Source: Eledone cirrhosa
Taxonomy: Eukaryota
Assembly: GCA_964016885.1 (NCBI GenBank)
Contig: OZ024743.1
Coordinates: 374,046,001-374,110,000, forward strand
Direction: 5' to 3'
DNA: 64,000 nucleotides
Below, in pieces: positions 27,848-42,059 of the stretch. Position 1 is the stretch's first letter. Each line of letters begins with the position of its first letter. The notes under the pieces are model-generated. The model saw only the letters and a list, made by a program, of their open reading frames with translations, was not told where the DNA came from and did no database searches. Both the position numbers and the translations under genes were made by a program.

Positions 27848-27871
27848 GTATATCTATATATATATATATAC

Positions 27872-27913
<42 letters not shown>

Positions 27914-27922
27914 GTATGTATG

Positions 27923-27986
<64 letters not shown>

Positions 27987-28084
27987 GTAGAAGGTGAGTT
28001 TTATTGTTGCACAATAAAGCAATGCAAATATCGGATAAGTAGCACTCCACAGTTTGTAGGACTGGAGTATAAATAATATAAGAT

Positions 28085-28152
<68 letters not shown>

Positions 28153-28155
<3 letters not shown>

Positions 28156-31100
28156 TATAGACATAGAATATTCGAAAATATTCTGTATGTTTATAATAAA
28201 CATTTTGAAGACCTAATCGCTATAGAATAGAATACGTCACGTATTACAATTAGATTCTCGATAAAAGCAAGGGAAGTAAATCTACGCGTTTCATTCTTAT
28301 TAGAAATCGTCAGGACTACATATCCAGTGCTTTCATCGAGAATGACACAGCTAGAGACTTATAGAATACTTAGCTGTGTACAGGAACTGGTTTGAAAGAG
28401 CGGTTGCCGGTCCGGCAGAAATTAGAAATTGGAATAAATGCTCTGAAATAGCGATATATATGTGAATATAGACATAGAATATTCGAAAATATTCTGTATG
28501 TTTATAATAAACATTTTGAAGACCTAATCGCTATAGAATAGAATACGTCACGTATTACAATTAGATTCTCGATAAAAGCAAGGGAAGTAAATCTACGCGT
28601 TTCATTCTTATTAGAAATCGTCAGGACTACATATCCAGTGCTTTCATCGAGAATGACACAGCTAGAGACTTATAGAATACTTAGCTGTGTACAGGAACTG
28701 GTTTGAAAGAGCGGTTGCCGGTCCGGCAGAAATTAGAAATTGGAATAAATGCTCTGAAATAGCGATATATATGTGAATATAGACATAGAATATTCGAAAA
28801 TATTCTGTATGTTTATAATAAACATTTTGAAGACCTAATCGCTATAGAATAGAATACGTCACGTATTACAATTAGATTCTCGATAAAAGCAAGGGAAGTA
28901 AATCTACGCGTTTCATTCTTATTAGAAATCGTCAGGACTACATATCCAGTGCTTTCATCGAGAATGACACAGCTAGAGACTTATAGAATACTTAGCTGTG
29001 TACAGGAACTGGTTTGAAAGAGCGGTTGCCGGTCCGGCAGAAATTAGAAATTGGAATAAATGCTCTGAAATAGCGATATATATGTGAATATAGACATAGA
29101 ATATTCGAAAATATTCTGTATGTTTATAATAAACATTTTGAAGACCTAATCGCTATAGAATAGAATACGTCACGTATTACAATTAGATTCTCGATAAAAG
29201 CAAGGGAAGTAAATCTACGCGTTTCATTCTTATTAGAAATCGTCAGGACTACATATCCAGTGCTTTCATCGAGAATGACACAGCTAGAGACTTATAGAAT
29301 ACTTAGCTGTGTACAGGAACTGGTTTGAAAGAGCGGTTGCCGGTCCGGCAGAAATTAGAAATTGGAATAAATGCTCTGAAATAGCGATATATATGTGAAT
29401 ATAGACATAGAATATTCGAAAATATTCTGTATGTTTATAATAAACATTTTGAAGACCTAATCGCTATAGAATAGAATACGTCACGTATTACAATTAGATT
29501 CTCGATAAAAGCAAGGGAAGTAAATCTACGCGTTTCATTCTTATTAGAAATCGTCAGGACTACATATCCAGTGCTTTCATCGAGAATGACACAGCTAGAG
29601 ACTTATAGAATACTTAGCTGTGTACAGGAACTGGTTTGAAAGAGCGGTTGCCGGTCCGGCAGAAATTAGAAATTGGAATAAATGCTCTGAAATAGCGATA
29701 TATATGTGAATATAGACATAGAATATTCGAAAATATTCTGTATGTTTATAATAAACATTTTGAAGACCTAATCGCTATAGAATAGAATACGTCACGTATT
29801 ACAATTAGATTCTCGATAAAAGCAAGGGAAGTAAATCTACGCGTTTCATTCTTATTAGAAATCGTCAGGACTACATATCCAGTGCTTTCATCGAGAATGA
29901 CACAGCTAGAGACTTATAGAATACTTAGCTGTGTACAGGAACTGGTTTGAAAGAGCGGTTGCCGGTCCGGCAGAAATTAGAAATTGGAATAAATGCTCTG
30001 AAATAGCGATATATATGTGAATATAGACATAGAATATTCGAAAATATTCTGTATGTTTATAATAAACATTTTGAAGACCTAATCGCTATAGAATAGAATA
30101 CGTCACGTATTACAATTAGATTCTCGATAAAAGCAAGGGAAGTAAATCTACGCGTTTCATTCTTATTAGAAATCGTCAGGACTACATATCCAGTGCTTTC
30201 ATCGAGAATGACACAGCTAGAGACTTATAGAATACTTAGCTGTGTACAGGAACTGGTTTGAAAGAGCGGTTGCCGGTCCGGCAGAAATTAGAAATTGGAA
30301 TAAATGCTCTGAAATAGCGATATATATGTGAATATAGACATAGAATATTCGAAAATATTCTGTATGTTTATAATAAACATTTTGAAGACCTAATCGCTAT
30401 AGAATAGAATACGTCACGTATTACAATTAGATTCTCGATAAAAGCAAGGGAAGTAAATCTACGCGTTTCATTCTTATTAGAAATCGTCAGGACTACATAT
30501 CCAGTGCTTTCATCGAGAATGACACAGCTAGAGACTTATAGAATACTTAGCTGTGTACAGGAACTGGTTTGAAAGAGCGGTTGCCGGTCCGGCAGAAATT
30601 AGAAATTGGAATAAATGCTCTGAAATAGCGATATATATGTGAATATAGACATAGAATATTCGAAAATATTCTGTATGTTTATAATAAACATTTTGAAGAC
30701 CTAATCGCTATAGAATAGAATACGTCACGTATTACAATTAGATTCTCGATAAAAGCAAGGGAAGTAAATCTACGCGTTTCATTCTTATTAGAAATCGTCA
30801 GGACTACATATCCAGTGCTTTCATCGAGAATGACACAGCTAGAGACTTATAGAATACTTAGCTGTGTACAGGAACTGGTTTGAAAGAGCGGTTGCCGGTC
30901 CGGCAGAAATTAGAAATTGGAATAAATGCTCTGAAATAGCGATATATATGTGAATATAGACATAGAATATTCGAAAATATTCTGTATGTTTATAATAAAC
31001 ATTTTGAAGACCTAATCGCTATAGAATAGAATACGTCACGTATTACAATTAGATTCTCGATAAAAGCAAGGGAAGTAAATCTACGCGTTTCATTCTTATT

Positions 31101-33714
31101 AGAAATCGTCAGGACTACATATCCAGTGCTTTCATCGAGAATGACACAGCTAGAGACTTATAGAATACTTAGCTGTGTACAGGAACTGGTTTGAAAGAGC
31201 GGTTGCCGGTCCGGCAGAAATTAGAAATTGGAATAAATGCTCTGAAATAGCGATATATATGTGAATATAGACATAGAATATTCGAAAATATTCTGTATGT
31301 TTATAATAAACATTTTGAAGACCTAATCGCTATAGAATAGAATACGTCACGTATTACAATTAGATTCTCGATAAAAGCAAGGGAAGTAAATCTACGCGTT
31401 TCATTCTTATTAGAAATCGTCAGGACTACATATCCAGTGCTTTCATCGAGAATGACACAGCTAGAGACTTATAGAATACTTAGCTGTGTACAGGAACTGG
31501 TTTGAAAGAGCGGTTGCCGGTCCGGCAGAAATTAGAAATTGGAATAAATGCTCTGAAATAGCGATATATATGTGAATATAGACATAGAATATTCGAAAAT
31601 ATTCTGTATGTTTATAATAAACATTTTGAAGACCTAATCGCTATAGAATAGAATACGTCACGTATTACAATTAGATTCTCGATAAAAGCAAGGGAAGTAA
31701 ATCTACGCGTTTCATTCTTATTAGAAATCGTCAGGACTACATATCCAGTGCTTTCATCGAGAATGACACAGCTAGAGACTTATAGAATACTTAGCTGTGT
31801 ACAGGAACTGGTTTGAAAGAGCGGTTGCCGGTCCGGCAGAAATTAGAAATTGGAATAAATGCTCTGAAATAGCGATATATATGTGAATATAGACATAGAA
31901 TATTCGAAAATATTCTGTATGTTTATAATAAACATTTTGAAGACCTAATCGCTATAGAATAGAATACGTCACGTATTACAATTAGATTCTCGATAAAAGC
32001 AAGGGAAGTAAATCTACGCGTTTCATTCTTATTAGAAATCGTCAGGACTACATATCCAGTGCTTTCATCGAGAATGACACAGCTAGAGACTTATAGAATA
32101 CTTAGCTGTGTACAGGAACTGGTTTGAAAGAGCGGTTGCCGGTCCGGCAGAAATTAGAAATTGGAATAAAGGCTCTGAAATAGCGATATATATGTGAATA
32201 TAGACATAGAATATTCGAAAATATTCTGTATGTTTATAATAAACATTTTGAAGACCTAATCGCTATAGAATAGAATACGTCACGTATTACAATTAGATTC
32301 TCGATAAAAGCAAGGGAAGTAAATCTACGCGTTTCATTCTTATTAGAAATCGTCAGGACTACATATCCAGTGCTTTCATCGAGAATGACACAGCTAGAGA
32401 CTTATAGAATACTTAGCTGTGTACAGGAACTGGTTTGAAAGAGCGGTTGCCGGTCCGGCAGAAATTAGAAATTGGAATAAATGCTCTGAAATAGCGATAT
32501 ATATGTGAATATAGACATAGAATATTCGAAAATATTCTGTATGTTTATAATAAACATTTTGAAGACCTAATCGCTATAGAATAGAATACGTCACGTATTA
32601 CAATTAGATTCTCGATAAAAGCAAGGGAAGTAAATCTACGCGTTTCATTCTTATTAGAAATCGTCAGGACTACATATCCAGTGCTTTCATCGAGAATGAC
32701 ACAGCTAGAGACTTATAGAATACTTAGCTGTGTACAGGAACTGGTTTGAAAGAGCGGTTGCCGGTCCGGCAGAAATTAGAAATTGGAATAAATGCTCTGA
32801 AATAGCGATATATATGTGAATATAGACATAGAATATTCGAAAATATTCTGTATGTTTATAATAAACATTTTGAAGACCTAATCGCTATAGAATAGAATAC
32901 GTCACGTATTACAATTAGATTCTCGATAAAAGCAAGGGAAGTAAATCTACGCGTTTCATTCTTATTAGAAATCGTCAGGACTACATATCCAGTGCTTTCA
33001 TCGAGAATGACACAGCTAGAGACTTATAGAATACTTAGCTGTGTACAGGAACTGGTTTGAAAGAGCGGTTGCCGGTCCGGCAGAAATTAGAAATTGGAAT
33101 AAATGCTCTGAAATAGCGATATATATGTGAATATAGACATAGCTGTACACAGCTAAGTATTCTATAAGTCTCTAGCTGTGTCATTCTCGATGAAAGCACT
33201 GGATATGTAGTCCTGACGATTTCTAATAAGAATGAAACGCGTAGATTTACTTCCCTTGCTTTTATCGAGAATCTAATTGTAATACGTGACGTATTCTATT
33301 CTATAGCGATTAGGTCTTCAAAATGTTTATTATAAACATACAGAATATTTTCGAATATTCTATGTCTATATTCACATATATATCGCTATTTCAGAGCATT
33401 TATTCCAATTTCTAATTTCTGCCGGACCGGCAACCGCTCTTTCAAACCAGTTCCTGTACACAGCTAAGTATTCTATAAGTCTCTAGCTGTGTCATTCTCG
33501 ATGAAAGCACTGGATATGTAGTCCTGACGATTTCTAATAAGAATGAAACGCGTAGATTTACTTCCCTTGCTTTTATCGAGAATCTAATTGTAATACGTGA
33601 CGTATTCTATTCTATAGCGATTAGGTCTTCAAAATGTTTATTATAAACATACAGAATATTTTCGAATATTCTATGTCTATATTCACATATATATCGCTAT
33701 TTCAGAGCATTTAT

Positions 33715-33720
<6 letters not shown>
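28153..33720 (-). mobile_element. Retrozyme-like array: 16 tandem 311-bp hammerhead units plus ~1.85 inverted units, in (TA)n
   Basis: Unit starts at 28153, 28464, 28775 ... 33129; inversion from 33143 to ~33720; one hammerhead per unit. Confidence 0.9.
28276..28319 (-). ncRNA. Type I hammerhead motif, repeated every 311 bp (plus-strand copies at 33207-33250 and 33518-33561)
   Basis: gtagtc-CTGACGA-t ttct aata agaa t-GAAA-CGCG-TA-gatttac. Confidence 0.8.
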
Positions 33721-33770
<50 letters not shown>

Positions 33771-33944
33771 GGAATAGAATGAAACGAAATTTCATTTCTC
33801 ACTCTTAGTACGGCACTTACTTAAATGTATGTATGTATACGCACATACATATATGTATACAGACGTATACATACATACATACTTACATTATATGTATATA
33901 TATATATATAAATATATATATATACATACATATTCAGAATCTGT

Positions 33945-34035
<91 letters not shown>

Positions 34036-35081
34036 GTATATATACATGTAAAGTTATATTTAAAATTGTTGGGTTACAACTAGTAAATATTTATAACTGA
34101 TATAAAAGCACTCGACAAATATTTGGAGTATTTGAATTAACCTTACACTTGATAAACTTATATATTAAATATAGGAACATATGTAGACATTATTGGACAT
34201 CATAATCTTTTTTGCGATATTCCTTGCTAGATGTGATTTGATAGATAATTTTTGGCTTTGTCTTGTAGTGAACTTGGCAATATATTGTCAATTAACCTTG
34301 AAGGGTTGTTCTTTGTGGTTTATTTTTATTTTTATTTTTATTTTTATTTTTATTTTTATTTTTATTTTTATTCTTTTAGTATTGTAGTATTCTATAATAT
34401 TTTTATATTTTTATTTTTATTTTATTTTATTTTTATTTTTAATATTTTTATATGTAAATTTTTTTTTTTTATATGTAAATTTTTATTTTTAATATTTTTA
34501 ATATTTTTATATGTAAAGTTTTAATACGTAATATTTTTAATACGTAGTATTTTTAATATGCAATATTTTTATTATGTAATATTCTTTCGTAATATTCTTT
34601 TTTAGTTTTCTATTCTATATTTTTATATTTTTATATATTTTTACTTATTATCATTATTATTGTTATCTCTGCTTATAATATAATATATATTTTCGATTAG
34701 TATATTGAAATCTGCTCTCTATTTCTGCTTGATAGATAATCTTGTAGAGTAATCGCAAGAATAATAATACGCTCAAATTTTTATACCACATTGAGAATGT
34801 TTTCCGGTAACTTTGAATTTGCGGAGTGAATCAGTTGGATTCACATAGACATATGAATTTTTTTAAAAAACTAAACATAAGATAATGAATTTTCACGCAT
34901 TGTGAATACTTGTTTCATTCAGGAATACTGATATTTACAATATAGTGTAAGTTTTATAAATTCTAATACATTAAAACATAGGGTTTTCTACGCCTCGAAT
35001 ATGTCTGGCTATTTTTAAATTTTTCTCTCTCTATATCTCTCTATATCTCTCTATATATCTCCCTTACATTAATACTTGAGC

Positions 35082-35116
<35 letters not shown>

Positions 35117-35483
35117 ATGCATCATTGATACACTTACTCAAAATGACCTCCCACTACCTAATTTTTCTATATCTATATTTATATATGTATCTATCTCTAT
35201 TTCCTCTCTCTCTCTATATATATATATATCTCTTTCGGTCTCTTTACATGAAGCTCTTCGCTTTATCTATTTTTCCATCTCTCTATTTTGTCCCATGCAT
35301 TTCTTCTTTTTCTTCTTTTTCTTCCTTTTCTTCGTTTTGTCTTTCTTTCTTTCTTATTTCCCTCTTTTCTCTCTCTCTTTCTTTCTCTCTGTATTTTCAC
35401 TGCTAGAGTGAACCTCTTCAAATGAAGTTGATGTTTATTACGGTATGTCGAATATATTTATCTATAAAACTGTTTATATTGTA

Positions 35484-35545
35484 TTTTGTCTGATGAAGGC
35501 ATAGCATATTGTTAATATGATATCCCCGAAATATATATAATGAAA
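35484..35545 (+). ncRNA. Degenerate hammerhead motif
   Basis: CTGATGA-aggcatagcatatt gtt aatatgatatcccc-GAAA-TATA-TA; long imperfect stem II, poor stem I. Confidence 0.5.
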
Positions 35546-35595
35546 TAAATATGGTTTTATAAATATAGTTTTCCATTTATTTAATATTGCATATG

Positions 35596-35631
<36 letters not shown>

Positions 35632-35632
35632 C

Positions 35633-35734
<102 letters not shown>

Positions 35735-35893
35735 TTTTTTATTTGATAGAAGGAACTTCTACAGGACTAGTACTGTTTCATTCAGATGAAATCTTCAGGA
35801 AGCTCCTGAAGATTTCATCTGAAGCTTCCTGAAGATTTCATCTGAATGAAACAGTACTAGTCCTGTAGAAGTTCCTTCTATAAAATAAAATAA

Positions 35894-35898
<5 letters not shown>
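35735..35898. mobile_element. Minimal palindrome of two opposed hammerheads in (TA)n
   Basis: Plus 35823-35873: agcttc-CTGAAGA-t ttca tc tgaa t-GAAA-cag tactagtc ctg-TA-gaagtt; mirror copy at 35754-35804 on the minus strand. Confidence 0.8.
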
Positions 35899-35950
<52 letters not shown>

Positions 35951-35951
35951 G

Positions 35952-35990
<39 letters not shown>

Positions 35991-35991
35991 G

Positions 35992-36030
<39 letters not shown>

Positions 36031-36031
36031 G

Positions 36032-36089
<58 letters not shown>

Positions 36090-36090
36090 C

Positions 36091-36215
<125 letters not shown>

Positions 36216-36427
36216 CATATATATATACATATATATATACACATGCATACACACAGGCACACACACATATATAAATATATTGAATTACTTTTCAAATTGG
36301 ATGATATTTTTTGTATCTTGTTTGTATGCAGTCATTATATAGAGAACTAAGGAGTCTTTTCTTGTATTTTCCGCAGGCCTGTATGCAAGGGGTGGTGTGG
36401 GGGTAGCTCCCCCACACAAACACGCAT

Positions 36428-36475
<48 letters not shown>

Positions 36476-36974
36476 TAAAGCCTGAATATTTGGCCGCCAG
36501 ACAATTTTTCCAAAAAATATTTCTTAACATGGGATCTGTTAAGGTAGTAGTTGAAAGTGGCTACTACAAAGGAGATAGCAATATTTACATGCTTCACGAA
36601 GAAAAAAACACCCCAACAATTCTATGGATTTAAAAAGAAGTAAAGAAAATGGCAGCTACAACGATAGACACTTGCCAAAAAAATAAAAGAACATATTTAC
36701 AAACGCTGCTTGCCCTGTAACTCAGACACGTGACGATTGCCGAAATTTCTAGAACAGTTTTGCTAACGTAGCTATCCAAGAAGAAACGCTGGTCGGTTTC
36801 AGGTAAGCTAAAACGACATGGGAATGGTGTTACTAGTAACAGTACTTCATTGCTTGAGGAATACACAGGAACAAGCAGATAGAGAAATAATATACCTCTG
36901 CCTTATCAAAAATGGTGAGAGATTTTATATACCCACAAAAGAAAAAAATGGAAGACAGTAAGCTGCTACAGAAT

Positions 36975-37490
36975 AGATATAGTAACAACTGAAAACCTCA
37001 GTGCAACGACAGATGCAACAACGACAGATACAGCAACAACAGATGCAGCAACAGTAAATGCAGTAACAACAGATGTAGCAACAACAGATGCAGCAACAAT
37101 AATTGTAGCAACAACAGATGCAGCAATAACAGATGCAGCAACAGCAGATGTAGCAAAAACAGATGCAGCAACAACAGATGTAGCAGAGAGAGATGCAGTA
37201 ACAACAGATGCATCATTAACAGATGCAGCAACAACAAATGAAGTAACAACAGATGCAACAACAACCGATGTAGCCAGTGGCAGCAACAACAGGTACAGCA
37301 ACAGAATCAGCAACAACAAATGCAGCAACAACAGATGTAGCAACAGATGCAGCAATGGCAGATGTAACAACAGATGCATCAATAACAGATGCAGCAAGAA
37401 TAGATGTAGCAACAACAGATGCATCAACAACAAATGCATCAACAACAGATGCAGTAACAACAGATGTAGCAACAACAGATGTAGCAAGAA
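36975..37490. repeat. 15-bp minisatellite (gcaacaacagatgca/gta)
   Basis: More than 30 degenerate copies. Confidence 0.85.
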
Positions 37491-37989
37491 CTGTTTCTTG
37501 CGCACAACCAATTGCAGTTACGATGTAGACGAAAACGTTTTCTCGTCTTAAATAACATGAGCCTACGACGTGAGGTGGTCTCGCAGCAGGAACAGCTCAT
37601 TGTCTTGAGAGAAGGGGACCAATAGAGGGTGGGATGCAATGGAAATCAAAAAGATAGGGAAAAAGCGCACAAAAGAATAGACATAAATCTACATGAAAGG
37701 TGTGTAGATTCTTTCACCGGGATGACATAGAATTCATGATTTCTTTTTAATAGCAGATAAGATAAGGAGCTAATTAATACACTAAAGGATATGTACCCTA
37801 GAGAAACTAACAAAGTACTCATTGAGATTGAATTGAAGTCACTTTACGTTGAACAAATGAACGATAGATTGCTGGTGGAAACTACAAAAGTCTATGAACA
37901 GCTAGCTATAATGTAGCTACATAGAAGCAGACGTAGCTATTTTCTCATTCAGTCCGGAAGGAGTGTTTGTGCCCCTACGGCCATCTCAA

Positions 37990-38046
<57 letters not shown>

Positions 38047-38294
38047 TTTCTTTATTAACCACAAGGGTTTACATAAAGTAGACATTAAGGACAGTGCAGG
38101 ACAATGCAGGACGGTACAAATGGGCATTTCTGCGTGTAAAAAACAAAAACAGAGGATGTAACAAAAAATAACAATGAAAAATTCCCCAATAGGGGGGAGA
38201 CTTCGGAGGGACATTTGTGGAGAAAGCCCAGTAAAAAGCCACAATGACCCCGACCACCAAGGCAAGTGCCCTCTCCCAGTTTTCCACCTTTAAT

Positions 38295-41200
38295 TTACAG
38301 ATATATACTCAGAGTAGGCCCATTCACTCGGGCCATTCTTGCAACAAAATGCTGGGAAGAGAGCACTTCCCTCTCTACTCTGATTTTCCTTTTCAAATGA
38401 AATTTGAAAAAGTCAATCAGAGCATCACCGAAGAGGTAGGTGCTCGTCTTCAGCCCTTTCAAACGTGTCCACCATACTATCTCTTTCGCCATGGCCACCA
38501 GGCAGATAAAAACTGCCTGCCCTTCCCGGCTAAAGGAGGAGGGCGGGGCAATCCTCACGATGGACTCAGATGATAGCCGGATCCGTCCTAAACGCGACAG
38601 CAGGTGTTCGACATAAACCCACAAGTCAGCAATTTTCGGACACTGGACGAGTGCGTGCAGGACGGTTTCGTCGCCCTGCGCGCATCTCGGACATTCCCGG
38701 CTGACGGCACCTCCATGCCTGTAGAGTTTATCCCGAACTGGCAAGGCTCCTCGGTAGCACTGCCAGGCCAGAGATTTCTGGAAGTTGTCCATAGGCCCTG
38801 GCCCGAAAGTTCTTCCGAAGAGATTGGCTAGTTGATTTTCGTCGACACCTAGAGTTTCCCCAAGTACGTCGTCGCTCTTCCCCTCCACTAATCCTCTATA
38901 GAACGCCGAGGTGGAGTTTCCACCGATCACATTGCCCGATTGGTCGAGGGCTGTGAGCGCCTGAAGACATTCCAGTCTCCAGGCGCTCCCTCTCGGTCTT
39001 CGCTTGACCCAGGACTGCAGCTCCGTCAAGGAAACGAGCTGGGGAAATACGTGTCTAGCAAACGGCGACCACACCTGATCACCGTCGAGGAAGAGGTGGA
39101 GATGTCGTAGCCTGAGCGCGTGCCTGCGCATCATCAGTCACGGCATGCCCAGCCCTCCACGTAGCGGGTGTTGACAACAGATGGACCGCCTGACCATCGG
39201 AGCGCGTCCCTTCCACAAAAAGCGAAAGAGCAAACGCTCCAGCGCAGTTAGGCGAGGCTTAGGACAAGGTACGACGGTCAGGCGGTAGCAGATGACAGAC
39301 GCGATGTACGCGTTAGCCACCTCCGCTCGACCTTTCAGGGATAGCTTCCTCTCCGCCCATTTCTGGGTGAGAGAAGCCACCCTGCTCGTCACCTCGTCCC
39401 AGTTTTTGTCCGTCTGGAGGTCCGGACCGAACCAGACCCCTAGCAATTTAACCGGTCCGTCTGTCCAGCGTCCGACGACGCTGTTGGACGGCATGGACCT
39501 GCCTCTCCAGGTGCCGAGCTGCAGGCCCACTGACTTTTCCTGGTTGATCATTGCTCCTGTCACCGCTTCGTATTCTCTTAGTGTAGTGCCGATCGCGTCG
39601 ATGTGTTTGGCGTTCGACACCACTACGGTGACATCATCCGCATATGCTGACACGGATCTTCCGCATCCTAGTTCGCTCGGGATGCCCCTCAACGTCTCCA
39701 GTTTGTGCAGTAATGGCTCGAGAGTCAATACGTACAAGAGGGACGAGAGGGGACATCCTTGGCGGACCGAGCGCATGATGTTGAACAGTTCCGACAGGTG
39801 ACCGTTCACTCTCACCACAGAGCAGATGTCGCTGTGCATGACAGCGATCCAGCCTCTGAAGACGGGCCCAAAGCCAGCCGCCCTCAGTAATGCCGCTAGG
39901 TAACGATGGTCAACCCTATCGAAAGCTTTCGACTGATCTAAATTGATCAAGGACCCACCCGTGCCAGGTTCCCTAGCTACCTTCTCCACAATGTATCGCA
40001 TGAGGTGGAGGTTGTCGTGGATGGATCTGTCGGGAATGGCGCATGTCTGCGCCTCTTCCACCAGACCACCAACGACAAGCGCCAACCTCTTTGCTAGCAC
40101 CTTGGCCAAAATCTTGAACTCTGTGTTTAGCAGAGTTATGGGCCGGAAATTATCTATGTTATCCCCCTTGTTCGGATCCTTTCTCAGCAGTGCCACCGCT
40201 CCTCGGCTCACAGAACTGGGAATTCTCCCGTTCTGTTGCCAGTTGCAGTAGACGTCCGCCAAGAGGCCTCCGAACAAGTCTGGCATCTGTACGTAAAGTT
40301 CATAGGGCAGACCATCCAAACCAGGCGATTTACCCCTTGTGCAGCCAGTCATTGCCTCCCTTACTTCAGCGGCTGTTATCGGCTTTTCACAACACTTCGC
40401 CTCAGTGGCCGAGAGCCGCGGCAGTCCGTCGAGGTAGACACTAAAGTCCATCCCTCGACCCGGCCCACCGCTGCCCCCGAACAGCTGAGCGAAGTGTCGC
40501 TGAAAAGCATCACACATTTGCCCGGGATCGAGTAGCATGCGCCCGTCGTGGTCCACCAAAGACCGGATCGTGGCTTTGTTGCCACGACGCGCCTCCGCCA
40601 CTCGGGGCCAATGAACGGCTTTCGTCCCCTAGTGTCTGAGAGCACGCACCCTTGCTCTGACAACGCACCCTTCGTGCTTTGCATTGAAGAATTGGTCAAG
40701 GGCCAATTTCGCCGCAAGCACGTCGGTCGCAATGCCTTTGCTAAGCGCCTCGTCTAATTTTCTAACTAGTTCTCCCTCTGCTCTATTTTTCTCTATTGCT
40801 AAAGCCTTACTAAACCTAATGGATTCTATTCTAATCGCTCTTTTCAGAGCAAACCACCACTTGTTGTTGACGATGGCCCCCGTCAACGCCCGCTTAACTA
40901 GTTTGCTAATCCGGTCTCTGTAGGCCTTGCGCGCTGGTAAGGACGCGTTTAGCTTCCAGTAGCCGGGTCCTCGTCTATGAAGCCTATCTAAGACAAGCAC
41001 ACAGATCACGAATTTGTGGTCCGTGTAGCTGACTATCTTGAATTGTGGACAGCCTATGCTAGACCTATCTATTTCCCTATAAAATACTCTATCTAGATAT
41101 GATCTGGATGACCCTATCCGATTTGTCCAAGTCCACATTGGCACATTCGGGAAATCCAATCGGTACCTGTCAGACAGTTCAAAACGCCTGAGCAGGTTGG

Positions 41201-41695
41201 TGAGGCTCTTGCACCCGCCACCCCTATCCGCTAATCCCACACAGTCCCAGCGTGCATCTAAGATCCCGTTCCAGTCTCCCACTAACACTAAAGAGCGGGA
41301 CGTTCCAAGAAAGGTCTCCAGACGCCGGAAGAAATCAGGCAGCCCTGCTCCTGTCGGGGCATAGACGGCCACTAGCCTGAAAGCTTGCCCGTCTCCGCTG
41401 GTCACGTCCAGCACCACCAACTTACCCTCTGGGTCCAGGAAGATGGCCCGTATGGCGAGATCCAAACCTCTCCGAAAAAGCACAGCAACTCCTCCCCCGA
41501 TCCAGGACGGCTGGGAGATGCGTACACATCGTAGCCGCCGAAGATCGGTGCGAAGGCCCGTGCTTCGGAGATTCTGGTCTCGCTGATGGCCACTACATCT
41601 ATGTTTAGTGACCTGAGGTCGTTGAGCTGGTGACCCTGCTTCCATGACGACCCCAAGCCACGCGCATTTATGCTACCTATTCTGAGTGAGGTCAT
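38295..41695 (-). pseudogene. Tx1 ORF2 APE-RT-zinc finger (a few stops/frameshifts)
   Basis: INARGL, ISET, VGDWN, YLD, TDH, RQGCPLS, AYADDV, CPRC..ETVLHALVQC. Confidence 0.95.
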
Positions 41696-42059
41696 GTTTA
41701 AAATAGAGTGGAAAAGATGGGAAAGACCACTTACCGTACTTTTCGTAGAGGAGGGATGGTTTTTACATCCCTTTTCACTTGATCGTCTGGTGAAGGGACC
41801 GTTGAATCGTCCATTCGGCTGGTCATCGGCTCTTCTATGAGTATGTCCGAATATACTCTTCGATTGATAGTTCCTCCTAGGTCTCTGAAATCACCAACTG
41901 CGTTGGGGAATTACGTTTTAATGTTTGTGTATTGTTTCTGTGCTATTTTTAGCAGTCTTATGTTAGTTGGCGTTTTGATTGGTGCTGGTATTATGTAGTC
42001 GTGTTGTGAAATGTCTGTGTGTTCAATTATGTAAGTCATTAGTTTCTTGTTGTGTGTAT

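Noticed and set aside
28153-33142. CRISPR-like array
   Set aside because: Units are identical with no unique spacers; eukaryotic context and no cas genes
36966-37528. Mucin-like ATTDA/ATTDV repeat protein
   Set aside because: 15-bp minisatellite with a frameshift and stops in the flanks; no supported exon structure
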